From Candidatus Spongiisociaceae bacterium (GTDB taxonomy: Bacteria > Actinomycetota > Acidimicrobiia > Spongiisociales > Spongiisociaceae): DNA of 64,000 bases. Shown piece after piece: positions 1-9,744 of this stretch. The DNA lies in the NCBI GenBank assembly GCA_965219685.1, contig CBDCOH010000002.1, positions 3,968,001 to 4,032,000 of the forward strand. The letters are read 5' to 3'. The notes below the pieces were generated by a model, which saw only the letters and a list, made by a program, of their open reading frames with translations, searched no databases and was not told where the DNA came from. Numbering within the stretch: position 1 is the stretch's first letter; the number at the start of each line of letters is the position of its first letter. The position numbers were made by a program, and so were the translations under genes.

Positions 1-203
1 TGCTGCCCATTGCTGATTCCATTCGGAACAACCCCGAGGCGGATGTCCACAGCCGTACGCACCCGAGCTTCAGCCACCACCCGCGGCAAGGTCCTGGGAA
101 TCTCGACTCCTACAACTCCCGCAAACGTCCGCAGATCGTCGTCACAGTCCCCAATCATGCGGCGTATCGCCTTTACCGCACCCTCCCAACTGGAGTGGAC
201 CAT
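1..203 (-). CDS. Hypothetical protein, N-terminal part only (runs off the left edge)
   Basis: ATG at 203 preceded by GGGAGG; open frame MVHSSWEGAVKAIRRMIGDCDDDLRTFAGVVG... to the window edge; not in the ORF track. Confidence 0.55.
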   Translation of the reverse strand, partial: MVHSSWEGAVKAIRRMIGDCDDDLRTFAGVVGVEIPRTLPRVVAEARVRTAVDIRLGVVPNGISNGQ

Positions 204-238
204 CAAACCCTCCCGAGTAGAACGACCAGTAAGACTTT

Positions 239-634
239 CTACCGCCGCCGACCACCGAAGGCTGAGATGAGGACGATGATCCCGACCGCCACCAACAGAA
301 CCCAGGTCAAGACACGTAGTATCTGAATGAGGACGGGAGCCAGTGCGATGACCGTCAAGAACATGCCACCCAGCACCGGAGCGATAGCACCGCCCTCGTA
401 CCCATGGCTGGCATTCACCCACGCCCGCCACAAGAACGCGCCGGAGAACGCGGCCAAAGCGACCATGAGGACAGCCAGTTGCCAACCCCCGGGAAACGTC
501 AGCAGGTCACGGGCAAAAACCCAATCCCACCGGTGCTGAGACCACCACACAAGCGACAGCAGCGCGTTGACACCTGAGAGCACTAACCCGACTCGGGCGG
601 CCAAGTTCCGAGGTGTTGACACATAGAAAGTCAA
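239..634 (-). CDS. Small integral membrane hypothetical protein (about 4 TM)
   Basis: 131-aa ORF with four hydrophobic stretches and a basic C-terminus. Confidence 0.65.
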   Translation of the reverse strand: MTFYVSTPRNLAARVGLVLSGVNALLSLVWWSQHRWDWVFARDLLTFPGGWQLAVLMVALAAFSGAFLWRAWVNASHGYEGGAIAPVLGGMFLTVIALAPVLIQILRVLTWVLLVAVGIIVLISAFGGRRR

Positions 635-912
635 GCTACATCCTTCCCATCGAACTACGGTAAACTACATAAATGAGATTATAGCTTGTAGTGGTAATAG
701 TGGTGTACCGGTTGCCCACCTCACCACTCCTTAGGCGTCGGTGGCGCATGACGCTCCACGGGGTACCGAGGCACCCTGTACCCTCAGGCTCGAACTAGCG
801 CTAGACCTTCCGTGTTCGTGCACTCCATACCTGACGCCTTATACCAGCGGATGAGGGAGACCAGCCGCCTCCCATGGCCTGGCAGGCGCTCCGGTTGGCG
901 TTTCCAGGCCGA

Positions 913-1856
913 TCAGAAGAGGACAGCCTGTTCCGGGCGCGAGCCTCCCTCGTCCTCGGATAGAGGGCCGTCGAGGATGTTCCGGAGTTGGGATACGGCG
1001 GTGATGGGGGCGGCCCCCATGCCAGCGAGAGCTTCGTTTCCGGGGCCCTCGTCGAGGCCTCGCCAGACGGCCACCTGGCAGTACCGGCCCTTCAATGCTT
1101 CCGTTGCCCCTGACTACGTGCCGCCCGAACCTTTGTCGGCCGCTACCGCTACGGTCACATCTGAGAGGGCGTAGATGAGCTTGTTGCGGCCCATCGCCTT
1201 GCCGACCGAGAACGGGGAGTCCGGTGCGTGAGGTGTACAGATGACTGTCCGGTCGTCGTGAACGGCTCGGCGGACGCCCGGGGATCTCAGGGTCCGGGAG
1301 AGCGAGTGGGCCGGGACGCCGATCACGGTTCTCCCCGCCTCGAAAGCCGCGTTCATGGCCAGTTGATCCACCCTCGCGCTGCACCCGAGATGAGCGGTAC
1401 ATCCAGCGAAGCGGCTTGCCTGCCGAGCGCTGCGGCGACTCGGGCGCCCTCGTCGCTCACGTTGCGGCTCCCCACGACTCCGACACCTCCTTCGTCGAGG
1501 AGTTCCAGGGCCCCGGCGGCGTGGAGTATCGCCGGCGCCTTCCGTCCGAGGTTGGTGCGGAGCTGCTGCGGGTAGGAGTCGCCGAACGGTGTGGGCGTGG
1601 CTATCCCGGACTGGTCGAGCCGCTCCAAGTCGAAGGCCATTGCGGTAGCCCTCGCCAGCAGGCCGGCCACCCGGCCCGTCATGTCCGCTGCCAACCCGGA
1701 GCCCGCTAGATCGTCCTCGGTCATATCGAGAAGACCGGCCGGGTTACCGACTGCATCGACCAGCTTCCAGACCTGTAGAGCCGTGAGCGGTCTGGTTCCG
1801 TCGCTCGCCATCCGGCTCACGAGGAGGATGGCGGCCAGCGCGTCGTCGCTCCTCAT
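913..1856 (-). pseudogene. dprA: DNA-processing protein DprA/Smf, broken by a frameshift (~1370) and a premature stop (1114)
   Basis: DprA motifs GVVGSRN, ISGAARG|(V)DQLAM, AMGRNKLIYALSD and GGT* (TAG in place of the Trp of GGTW) are spread over three ORF pieces. Confidence 0.9.
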
Positions 1857-2049
1857 CGCACCGACCTCCCCGCCGTACTGGCCAGAGAGCAAAAGGATAC
1901 ACCGGGCCGTATCCGGCCTCCTGGAGCAACCCACCGATCACCGTCATCCTCCAGCGCTAGTCCACGATGTCATCCACCAGCAACACGGTGCCGGCCTCGT
2001 CGGTGAGGCGGCGGAGCAGTACAAGGGCCTCCTGTCCGATCTCATGCAT
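1853..2049 (-). pseudogene. recQ: Internally deleted RecQ-PRTase relic: first ~20 codons fused to the C-terminal PRTase tail
   Basis: Reads MHEIGQEALVLLRRLTDEAGT-VLLVDDIVD*RWRMTVIGGLLQEAGYGPVYPFAL; the N-terminus matches the recQ start at 5351; LLVDD is a PRPP-binding motif. Confidence 0.8.
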
Positions 2050-2079
2050 GCCGATCCCCGTGCGCCGCCTTCGGGTCGA

Positions 2080-2223
2080 GGGTCCACCACGCAGAAGTCA
2101 TCGTCCTCAAAGGCCAAGCTACCCACTAAAAGGCAGACGAAAGGAGGCCATCCAGCGACCAACCCCCTAGACCGCGCAGTTTTCAACCGGCCAAACCCGC
2201 GCAATTTCCGACCGGCCTTGACA
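2080..2223 (-). mobile_element. IS21-family-like terminal remnant (no transposase)
   Basis: Minus strand begins TGTCAAGGCCGGTCGGAAATTGCGCGG...GGCCGGTTGAAAACTGCGCGG with internal repeats; near-identical to 12558-12700. Confidence 0.65.
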
Positions 2224-2586
2224 GATTTCACCAGTGGTCATGACAGGGGCCCCGGGGGCTCCGGGGAGAGTTCAGGCAGGTTGAGGAGCTCACCCGACGT
2301 ACACACACTCACCTGCCCTTTGACCTCGACTGCTCCCCCAAGGGGCCAGTCGATGGATCTCTGCCCAATCATGCAAATCGCCGGACGCGAGCGCAACACT
2401 CGCGCAACAGTAAGTTCCAGGCCCGTCCAGCGATCCCGGCCCACGGTAGCGATCACCGAAAGCGGCCGCTGTTATCACGACCGTGGCTTTGGTCATGTGT
2501 TGCGGGGTGGCAGGTGCGTGCCCTGGGAACTGCTGGGTGGCCGAGTGGTCTAGGTCGTCACCGATTCCACCAACTGCCCGCCACCG

Positions 2587-2626
2587 TGCTTATAATATTT
2601 TTCTATGTCGTTGCTTATATTTTTCC
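2587..2626 (+). promoter_or_regulatory. AT-rich promoter/operator with leaderless -10 (TATATT 2616-2621) and imperfect direct repeat TGCTTATA...TTTTTC
   Basis: TATAAT at 2591 and TATATT 5 nt before ATG 2627; no RBS. Confidence 0.5.
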
Positions 2627-3247
2627 ATGCTTGAGGTCGGGACTGAAGGCCACTTCCGGGAGGCTCTCAGCCAGGGGGACCGTGCCGCCGTTTTACTCGT
2701 GGCTCTGGAGGTTGCAACCGAGCAGGCCCACGACGCCGCCCTGGACTGGGGATTCATCCTGCCGCGGACTGAACCGGTCGTCGCGTTCGACTTCGCTGTT
2801 ACTCTCATGGAACCCTTCGAGCAGTCTGATGGCGTAGAGCGGAAGGAATCGAAAGGCCAGTATCTTTGGATCGTTGACACTCTCTACGGCCTTCGAGTGA
2901 AGAAACTGGACCATAACTACCGATCATCGAACCACTATTCTCAGCAGCAGGAGTTGATCAGCCAGCAGAAACCCTTGCCTGGCTTCCCTGACCTCGTTTA
3001 CGTTACGGTGGGAGCTGTCCACGATTCATCCGACCTCGTCACCGGATTCGCGGCAGTTAAGTACTTGGCGGGACCGATGGGCACGCAGAGAGTCGAATGG
3101 GTCGTTGACCTGCGTGACCTCGCCGCGGGCGGGACGGTCCCCACAGTTCCAGTCTTGCCTATAGAACCGGCAGCGCCTGTGGCACCGGCGGTCTTGTTAC
3201 CGAAGAGGGTTCCCGACCGTATGCGGGAAGGCGATCAGCGGGAGTGA
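2627..3247 (+). CDS. Hypothetical protein, partner of XRE-ImmA regulator
   Basis: Coding-like from MLEVGTEGHF; ends 4 nt before the next gene; arrangement recalls M. tuberculosis Rv2016-Rv2017. Confidence 0.75.
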   Translation: MLEVGTEGHFREALSQGDRAAVLLVALEVATEQAHDAALDWGFILPRTEPVVAFDFAVTLMEPFEQSDGVERKESKGQYLWIVDTLYGLRVKKLDHNYRSSNHYSQQQELISQQKPLPGFPDLVYVTVGAVHDSSDLVTGFAAVKYLAGPMGTQRVEWVVDLRDLAAGGTVPTVPVLPIEPAAPVAPAVLLPKRVPDRMREGDQRE

Positions 3248-3251
3248 TCCG

Positions 3252-4391
3252 GTGGAACCAAGGCTGATCACTCTCGCCAGGGTCGGTTCCGGACTTACGC
3301 AGATTCATCTGGCGAAGAAGCTCGGGGTTAGTCAGTCCTTCATCTCACAAGTGGAGCACGGAGAACGGAACCTTCCCACAGCTTTATTTCCGGGTTTCTG
3401 TGAAGCGTGCGACGTTCCCAGCTCGTTCCTGCGGAGCGGCCGACTCCCTCCAGACGATTCGGTCGCAGCAATGGTACATCGGAAGATGAATACTCTCCCG
3501 GCAAAACCTTACAATCTCGCGAACGCTCAGGTCAAGATGCGTGTTCTTGAAATAGACGCACTGTTCACCGAGATAGACGTCATAGCATCACTCCAGATGC
3601 CACATGTTCCGGCAGGGATTGGACCTATTGACGCGGCGGCCCTTCTACGCCGTGCTTGGCGTGTTCCTTCCGGGCCCCTGCCGAACCTTGTCGATCTTGT
3701 GGAGAGCGCCGGCGTTCCTGTGGTCCTCATGGACTGCTTCCACCCAAAGCAGTCCGCAACCGCGCATAGAGGCACATGGGTCGAGTGGATGATCGCACTC
3801 AATAGCTCACACCCGGCCAGCCGATTACGCTTCACGTTGGCGCACGAAGTCGGTCATATCATCATGCGACATGAGGCAACCACACCACTGGACCCGTACG
3901 CAGGTGCTTCGATCGAGAAACAGGCTGATATGTTCGGCGCTGAACTACTGATGCCGACAGCAGACGCCCGGCGTGAGCTCCGCACTGTGACTTTCAAACG
4001 GCTTGTCTTTCTTAAGCAGCGGTGGAAGGTCTCGGTCGCGTTTCTCATTCGCCGTGCTCTAGAGGTCGGGAGAATCCTACCTGAGCAGCGAACACGCTAT
4101 GAGATCGAACTCAGTACACAGCCCGGCGGTCGGAGACGAGAGCCCGCGGAGTTCGAGCCTGAAACGCCGACCCTCATCCGAAGAATGATCAACACACTCG
4201 GACAGACCGGTATGTCGAAGGAACAGATAGCTGATCTTGTTGGTATGACCGAAGAGCGACTTCGGACTGTCTACCTGCGTGAACCGTGCCGGCCTCGGCT
4301 TCTACCCAGCAGAGATACAGACCGTGTAGTGGTCGAGTTACCACCCCCGGCCTTCAGAGGGCAGTCTCCGAGTACCTCCTCCAGTGCGTAA
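3252..4391 (+). CDS. XRE-family HTH fused to ImmA/IrrE metallopeptidase
   Basis: N-terminal HTH LTQIHLAKKLGVSQSFISQVEHG; RLRFTLAHEVGH (HExxH) and EKQADMFGAELLMP. Confidence 0.93.
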   Translation: MEPRLITLARVGSGLTQIHLAKKLGVSQSFISQVEHGERNLPTALFPGFCEACDVPSSFLRSGRLPPDDSVAAMVHRKMNTLPAKPYNLANAQVKMRVLEIDALFTEIDVIASLQMPHVPAGIGPIDAAALLRRAWRVPSGPLPNLVDLVESAGVPVVLMDCFHPKQSATAHRGTWVEWMIALNSSHPASRLRFTLAHEVGHIIMRHEATTPLDPYAGASIEKQADMFGAELLMPTADARRELRTVTFKRLVFLKQRWKVSVAFLIRRALEVGRILPEQRTRYEIELSTQPGGRRREPAEFEPETPTLIRRMINTLGQTGMSKEQIADLVGMTEERLRTVYLREPCRPRLLPSRDTDRVVVELPPPAFRGQSPSTSSSA

Positions 4392-4596
4392 CTGTCGAGC
4401 TACGTGTTAACAGCGAACGTCGGTGAGGGCGTTGAGGAGTCTGTCAGTGCCTGAGCACACCGAATAGGATCGGCAGCCCGCACGTCACCGTGGCATTGTG
4501 ACCCACCAACTAACATGTGTCGCAGAGGGCTGACTTGACATCTATCTAACTCGCAGGCGGAGAACACTCTCACGGGGTACGAATCGCCCTTCCGAT

Positions 4597-5351
4597 TCAG
4601 GCAGTAGATGACACCCGTGCCTTCGAGGCGGGGGACGACCTGTGCGAGCCAGGCCATGCGCTCTCGCGGTGAAGGCATCGGGAGCACATGGAGCCGCAGG
4701 CCCTCGCGGCCCAGAGGACCTCGAAGCGGCACGAGCCCGGAACCGAGCTGGTCCCGGATGTCCTCCACGACGCGGTCGTTGGCAGCAGTGGCGGTGCAAC
4801 AGAGTACGGGCACGCCCCGGGGCAGCAGATCCAGAACCCTGACGATGCGGCGGTAGTCGGGACGGAAATCGTGCCCCCAGTCGGAGATGCAGTGAGCCTC
4901 GTCCACGACTAGCAGGCCGCTGCGCCGACCTACCTCGGGCAGCACTTCGGTGCGGAACTTCTGGTTGGCGAGCCGTTCGGGGGAGATCAGCAGAAGGTCG
5001 ACCCGCCCGGCTTCGACGCCCTCCTCCACCTCCTCCCATTCGTCTCGGTTGGCGCTGTTTGATGGTGGCGGCTCGCACCCCCATGCCTTCCGCCGCCTCG
5101 ATCTGGTTGCGCATCAGCGCCAGAAGCGGCGAGACCAGCAGCGTCGGCCCCGCCCCCTGATCGCGCAGCAGCCGGGTGGCGATGAAATACACGGCGCTCT
5201 TCCCCCACCCGGTCCGCTGTACGAGAAGTACTCTCTGGCGGTTTTGCACCAGTGCCTGGATCGCCTCCAGCTGGTGCGGACGGAACACGGCGCCGGCCTT
5301 GCCGGTTAGCCGGCCGAGTAGCGCCAGTGCCTCCTGTTCGATCTCATGCAT
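4597..5351 (-). pseudogene. recQ: RecQ-family helicase, 5' half only, frameshifted near 5060 and truncated after GVIYCL
   Basis: Walker A RTGWGKS, SPLLALMRNQ, SPERL, DEAHCISDWGHDFRPDY, TATA; homology ends abruptly at about 4597. Confidence 0.92.
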
Positions 5352-5699
5352 GCCGAGCCCCGTGCATTGCGTTCGGGTCAAGGTAGCCGTCGCCTGCGAT
5401 ATGATCGTGCGGAGCCTTGGCCCGATGGCCGGTTGCCACATTCTCCGCAATAGGCTCCCGGAGTTCGCCCGCCACGACGGACTCCGCAACGGCGGCAGCC
5501 CATGGACGGCGTCCGTGATCGTCGGCTCACCCGTCGCGTATTTTGGAAGCGATCACATCGTTGTCCGCTGTGCGGAACCGGCGCACGATGGCATGGTCGT
5601 GGTCCGCGGCCTGGTGGAGACGGTGGACTCCGAGGAACGGGTACCGGGTGCTACATCCGTGCCAGGGCGGTTCCGGTCCTGGCTATCCCGGGGCTTCGC

Positions 5700-5831
5700 G
5701 ATACCGGGGCGGCACACCGGCCGGTCGGCTGTAGCGTGGGTGCGGCTATGACCTCGTCCAGGTCATCCCGTCCGACTGCTTGGTATCGGCCCGTAGCCGT
5801 TCCCGAAGATCTGGACGCCACGGGGGCATGA
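5700..5831 (+). pseudogene. Truncated 5' copy of the gene at 9023-9349
   Basis: MTSSRSSRPTAWYRPVAVPEDLDATGA* versus MSPSRSSRPTARYRSVAVPDDVDAPGA; upstream DNA is also similar. Confidence 0.75.
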
Positions 5832-5957
5832 GAGTTTGTACCGAGGCTGCTTGTGGCTGTCTGAGATAGCCACGACGTCCATTAAGCAAGGATCAGGGTC
5901 CGTGATACGGACACGTTTCTTTTCCGACTATTGGGATCCTGCGTTTGAGTGCTGACC

Positions 5958-6803
5958 TCACTTCCACTCTCCTGCCGCAGCAGTATCCGGCTCTGTTATG
6001 CTTCTTGTTGTCTTGATCTTGGGATCTACCACGGACTTAATCGCACGATAGAACATCAGGATGACTATGAGTACGATATCGATAAGTGCCACGTTAACGG
6101 GAGACAATCTCGTACCGTATTCTCTGATCCACACAGCCATTATAATTGCGACAATAGTAAAGCCGACAGTTACCCATCTACGCTGGCCGTAGGCTCGCCG
6201 CCCTTGTCGCCGCCTGAAGTACTCTCCCCTTAGTGCTTTCTGGGCGTTGTCATCTGAAGACAGCCTGTAGCTGACTATATCCCAAAGTGTGTAGAGCATG
6301 AAAGACAGGCATACCAGGTAGACTTCTGGCCGAGCATCGGCCTCAGATAAGGACGCCTCTGCTACCCTTATCAACAAGAAATACACGAACACCATTGCCA
6401 CGTCAAGTAAGAACTGTATGAAAGGCTTATTGAAGAACCTCACCCGCAGCTTGGGCAGATTGACACTTGTATAGTATCCAATCGCGCTCGTGACCGTAAG
6501 TGCTGTTGCTACGAATAAGTGCGTCAATGTAACGTAACGGCTACCTAGTACCTCTGTCACCCGGGCTCGACTCAGAATATCACTCTCGTATCGAGAGTCA
6601 GATACCGATGAAGTAGGTAGCTCTCGAAAAATAGGCAGTAGTTGGTCAGCCACTTCGATCGCCAGCTGGCCAATGACAAGGGCGAAGAGAAACCCAGTAA
6701 CCGCCACACCTGTCTGTGTCTTTGCCCTCTCTGGCTGGACACAAAAACAGCGAGAATACCAGATACAAGCATGGTGTTTGATGACACGCATCTGGTGTTT
6801 CAT
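5958..6803 (-). CDS. Uncharacterised ~6-TM membrane protein (low-GC island)
   Basis: Six hydrophobic segments; starts 4 nt after the HAD stop; visibly lower GC than the flanks. Confidence 0.8.
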   Translation of the reverse strand: MKHQMRVIKHHACIWYSRCFCVQPERAKTQTGVAVTGFLFALVIGQLAIEVADQLLPIFRELPTSSVSDSRYESDILSRARVTEVLGSRYVTLTHLFVATALTVTSAIGYYTSVNLPKLRVRFFNKPFIQFLLDVAMVFVYFLLIRVAEASLSEADARPEVYLVCLSFMLYTLWDIVSYRLSSDDNAQKALRGEYFRRRQGRRAYGQRRWVTVGFTIVAIIMAVWIREYGTRLSPVNVALIDIVLIVILMFYRAIKSVVDPKIKTTRSITEPDTAAAGEWK

Positions 6804-6807
6804 GTTA

Positions 6808-7506
6808 TCACCCTGAGGACGCGAGCCTCTCCAGAGCACAGGGCAGGTGATCCAATGATGTCAGCCGGATAACTCCCTTAGGCACGTTCAGGTGTATACG
6901 GCTCTCATACTGCCAAGTTGGCCTTTCGATCCAGACTGCCTGCAGACCACATTCTATGGCAGGCATGATATCCCACTCTATACTATTACCAACCGAAACG
7001 GCTACTGACGATGACACAGACAGTAAATCGCACATGGCACGAAAGGATGCGGCGGTCTTTCGCTCGACAATTGCTATAGCACGGAAGTGTTCAACAAGTC
7101 CTGACTGGCGAATCCGTTCGTGTTGGATGTTACGGTCGCCTTTCGTGAGCAATCCCAAGTGATAGTTTACATGTAACGCAGACAGCACTTCGTGGACGTG
7201 CGGAATAAGTTCTGCCTTATTTTGGAAAACGGCTATGCTCAAGCGATAAATCCGCTTCTCGGCCTCCGCATCGTAATGAGGCGCGAGCAGACGGAAAGCT
7301 ATTACCGAAGACGTTGGGAATCTCTGCGGGGCAAACCCAAGCTGTGTGACTCGCTCAAGGTCAATCTCTCGCTGGAGTTTTCTCCACAGATGCCCATCGA
7401 GTCCCCGTCGCTCGACTTCACGTTGCGCGTCATCAAGTGCCCTCTCATAGAGAGTCTCTGTTCTCCACAATGTATCGTCGGCATCAAAAATGATGGCACG
7501 TGTCAT
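6808..7506 (-). CDS. HAD-superfamily hydrolase (nucleotidase/phosphatase-like)
   Basis: Motif I IIFDADDTLW, motif II LLTKG, motif IV VGNSIEWDI. Confidence 0.92.
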   Translation of the reverse strand: MTRAIIFDADDTLWRTETLYERALDDAQREVERRGLDGHLWRKLQREIDLERVTQLGFAPQRFPTSSVIAFRLLAPHYDAEAEKRIYRLSIAVFQNKAELIPHVHEVLSALHVNYHLGLLTKGDRNIQHERIRQSGLVEHFRAIAIVERKTAASFRAMCDLLSVSSSVAVSVGNSIEWDIMPAIECGLQAVWIERPTWQYESRIHLNVPKGVIRLTSLDHLPCALERLASSG

Positions 7507-8470
7507 ATTTCGTTCCCTTACCCTTCGGAGGGTACTAGCGGGGCGGGTTGTGACCTCGATCGTAGCGGCAACACCGTGTGGCTGGGCGACTCGTGGATTT
7601 TGGGGCTTGTACTGGTCGGCGTGGGGTCACGTTACGGGATGCCGAGGGCTGCGTAGTTGTTGGGGTTGATGAATCCGCGGGCGACGCGTTGCAGGAGGTT
7701 GTTGATGCCATCGATTGGTTCGTTGGCGGCTCGTCTGCGAGCGGTAGGTCCGAGGGCGCGTGGAGATGTCGTCTTATGCTTCTCACGGTGCGAAGAGGCT
7801 CCAAGCGGGCTTGCTGGAGCGTTCGAACCAGAGGCCTATTGCGTTGTGGTGGGCATCTGGTGCTGCCAGATGATGCCGTTACCGCCTCGTCATCGGCCGA
7901 GGCTCGCGGAGTCCTGGTGCCCCCTTGATGACATTGCTAGGTCGATCTTGCGGGGGAGAGGGTGTTGCAGGGGCCGTGGTCGGCTTCCGATAAGTGTGGT
8001 GTCGGTTGGCCTGCCGCGAACGCGTCGCAGGCGCCGGTCGTGTCCACCGGTCGATGTCCGTCCGGGCCGGAATGTGGGTCACGTCGGTAGCTGTGGTGAC
8101 CACGCCCCCAACGTGGCCGAGCTTCACGGCGGCGATCCGATTCCGAGCGCCGGCCGCTACGTAGTCCCGGGCCGCTTGCTCGTGGTCCGGCCCGGCTAGG
8201 CGTCGCTCTCCAGTGCGCTGGGGAGGAAGGCGGTGCAATCTGCTGTGAGGTCGGTGTGGGCATCCGGGTCGGTCGCTTGAGCCTGCAGCTGGGCCATTAA
8301 CAACGTCTTGATCATCGTGCCGGGGAGGGCGCCGCTGGCCTGACGTCGTCGATGCCGACGCGCAGGGTGCCTCCGAGCGGTGAGCGACTGCTGATAGTGG
8401 CGGGACGAGGACACTTATCGCGACCTGTGATCAGCCGGATCCCAGGGCGACACGCCGCCTCCGACGGGAG

Positions 8471-8815
8471 TTACCGAGCAGAGAGTTCGAGTTCAACGTA
8501 TCGGGAGAAGTCACGTCCTGAATGAAGGTCTCTAAAGCGACTTATGTCTATTTCAAGATCGATAACATCCTTGTCTGATCGATATCTGAAGGCATCACCT
8601 TCTAGAGCACCTGGCGGGCACTTCAGCCAGATCAAGCTGCCGTCCTCCCTTTTGAGGACAATGTGCAGGCCCCTGCCAACTATCTTCCGAGGTATGTGTA
8701 GCCACCAGACTGGCTTTGATTTGTTGACGTTAGCGAAACGGGTGTTCTGATGGTTCAGCAACGTATGGCGGATATGAGAATTGATGCGTCCTATTGCATC
8801 CTGTTTGTCTGGCAC
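8471..8815 (-). CDS. Hypothetical protein (low GC)
   Basis: 114-aa protein-like ORF (FANVNKSKPVWWLHIP) with GGAAGG upstream. Confidence 0.65.
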   Translation of the reverse strand: MPDKQDAIGRINSHIRHTLLNHQNTRFANVNKSKPVWWLHIPRKIVGRGLHIVLKREDGSLIWLKCPPGALEGDAFRYRSDKDVIDLEIDISRFRDLHSGRDFSRYVELELSAR

Positions 8816-9022
8816 CGTGGGTCGCAGCCTTCCTAGTTCGGTCGTAGCTTGTTAACTCAGAGTACTGCTGGGGGCGGCCGTCTTATGCCGTCGGGCGCCG
8901 AACAGGCACCGTCTTCCTGCCGTGCTGGCCCGAGCAGGAGATACACCGGCCAGCAGGCTCTCCCCGAGCTTCGGGATGCCGTGGGGGCACACCGGCCTGC
9001 CAGCGGTAGCATGGGTGCGGCC

Positions 9023-9349
9023 ATGAGTCCGTCTAGGTCATCCCGTCCGACTGCCCGGTACCGGTCCGTAGCCGTTCCCGACGATGTCGACGCCCCGGGG
9101 GCGGTCAAAGCGAGCGGGAGGGCCGTGTTGCCGTTCCATGTCCGTTGGAGTGGTGATCGGGTGTACGACCTCGACGACGAGGCGGATCGCAAGTCGGTGT
9201 ACAGGCAGGTTTTGTCACATGGCCTTGCCGAGGATGTCCGCCGGTTCATACGGGTTCAGGAGCTTGCCCGTCTGTGGGACCGGATGGTGCTGCCGTCGTA
9301 TGTGAGGGATGTGCGGGGACCATGGCTACGCCGGCGCGGTCTCATATAG
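9023..9349 (+). CDS. Small actinobacterial antitoxin/regulator-like protein
   Basis: LPFHVRWSG..YDLDD..DR..VYRQVLSHG..EDV pattern, of the kind usually found upstream of AbiEii-type nucleotidyltransferases; no partner present here. Confidence 0.65.
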   Translation: MSPSRSSRPTARYRSVAVPDDVDAPGAVKASGRAVLPFHVRWSGDRVYDLDDEADRKSVYRQVLSHGLAEDVRRFIRVQELARLWDRMVLPSYVRDVRGPWLRRRGLI

Positions 9350-9361
9350 AGGAGCGACGCG

Positions 9362-9659
9362 GCGCCCTGGATCACTTGGCTCTCGGCAGGAAGTGGCCTC
9401 CGAAGCTGTCCAAGGCCCTCTGCCCGACCCGCTCACTCAAGACTCTGATGGCTTAGGGGTCCGGGACTCGGGTGATCCACCGCGTCGAGAACCTCTTCGG
9501 CCTAATGCCCAACCACCGTTGCACCATGTGGATGGGGAGGACTTTCCCGAGGTGGCCCGCCTCTACCTGCGGGCGGATGCTCTGTTCGTAATCTCTTTGC
9601 CCAAGCGGCTTTCATGCCTGGGGGCGGGGGGAAGGTGCCTTCGTATCCGGTTGCCGCAT
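9362..9659 (-). pseudogene. Degenerate copy of the gene at 18705-18995 plus the first codons of its protease partner
   Basis: Nucleotide match such as CCGAAGCTGTCCAAGGCCCT-TGCCCGACCCGCTCACTCAA; RLGKEI fragment; multiple frameshifts. Confidence 0.8.
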
Positions 9660-9744
9660 GCTTCCCGCTTCCGAGGCGGCTGACGTATCCGTGCTCTCTG
9701 GCCAGGATGCTCCGGGTAGTTACAGTCCTGGTAACATTCTGGGT

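Noticed and set aside
1853-5351. Single recQ gene split by a 2.5-kb insertion
   Set aside because: The recQ start is present twice (2049 and 5351), so these are two separate relics
7535-8414. Possible gene between the HAD cassette and 8471
   Set aside because: Only short protein-like fragments in different frames; no assignable family
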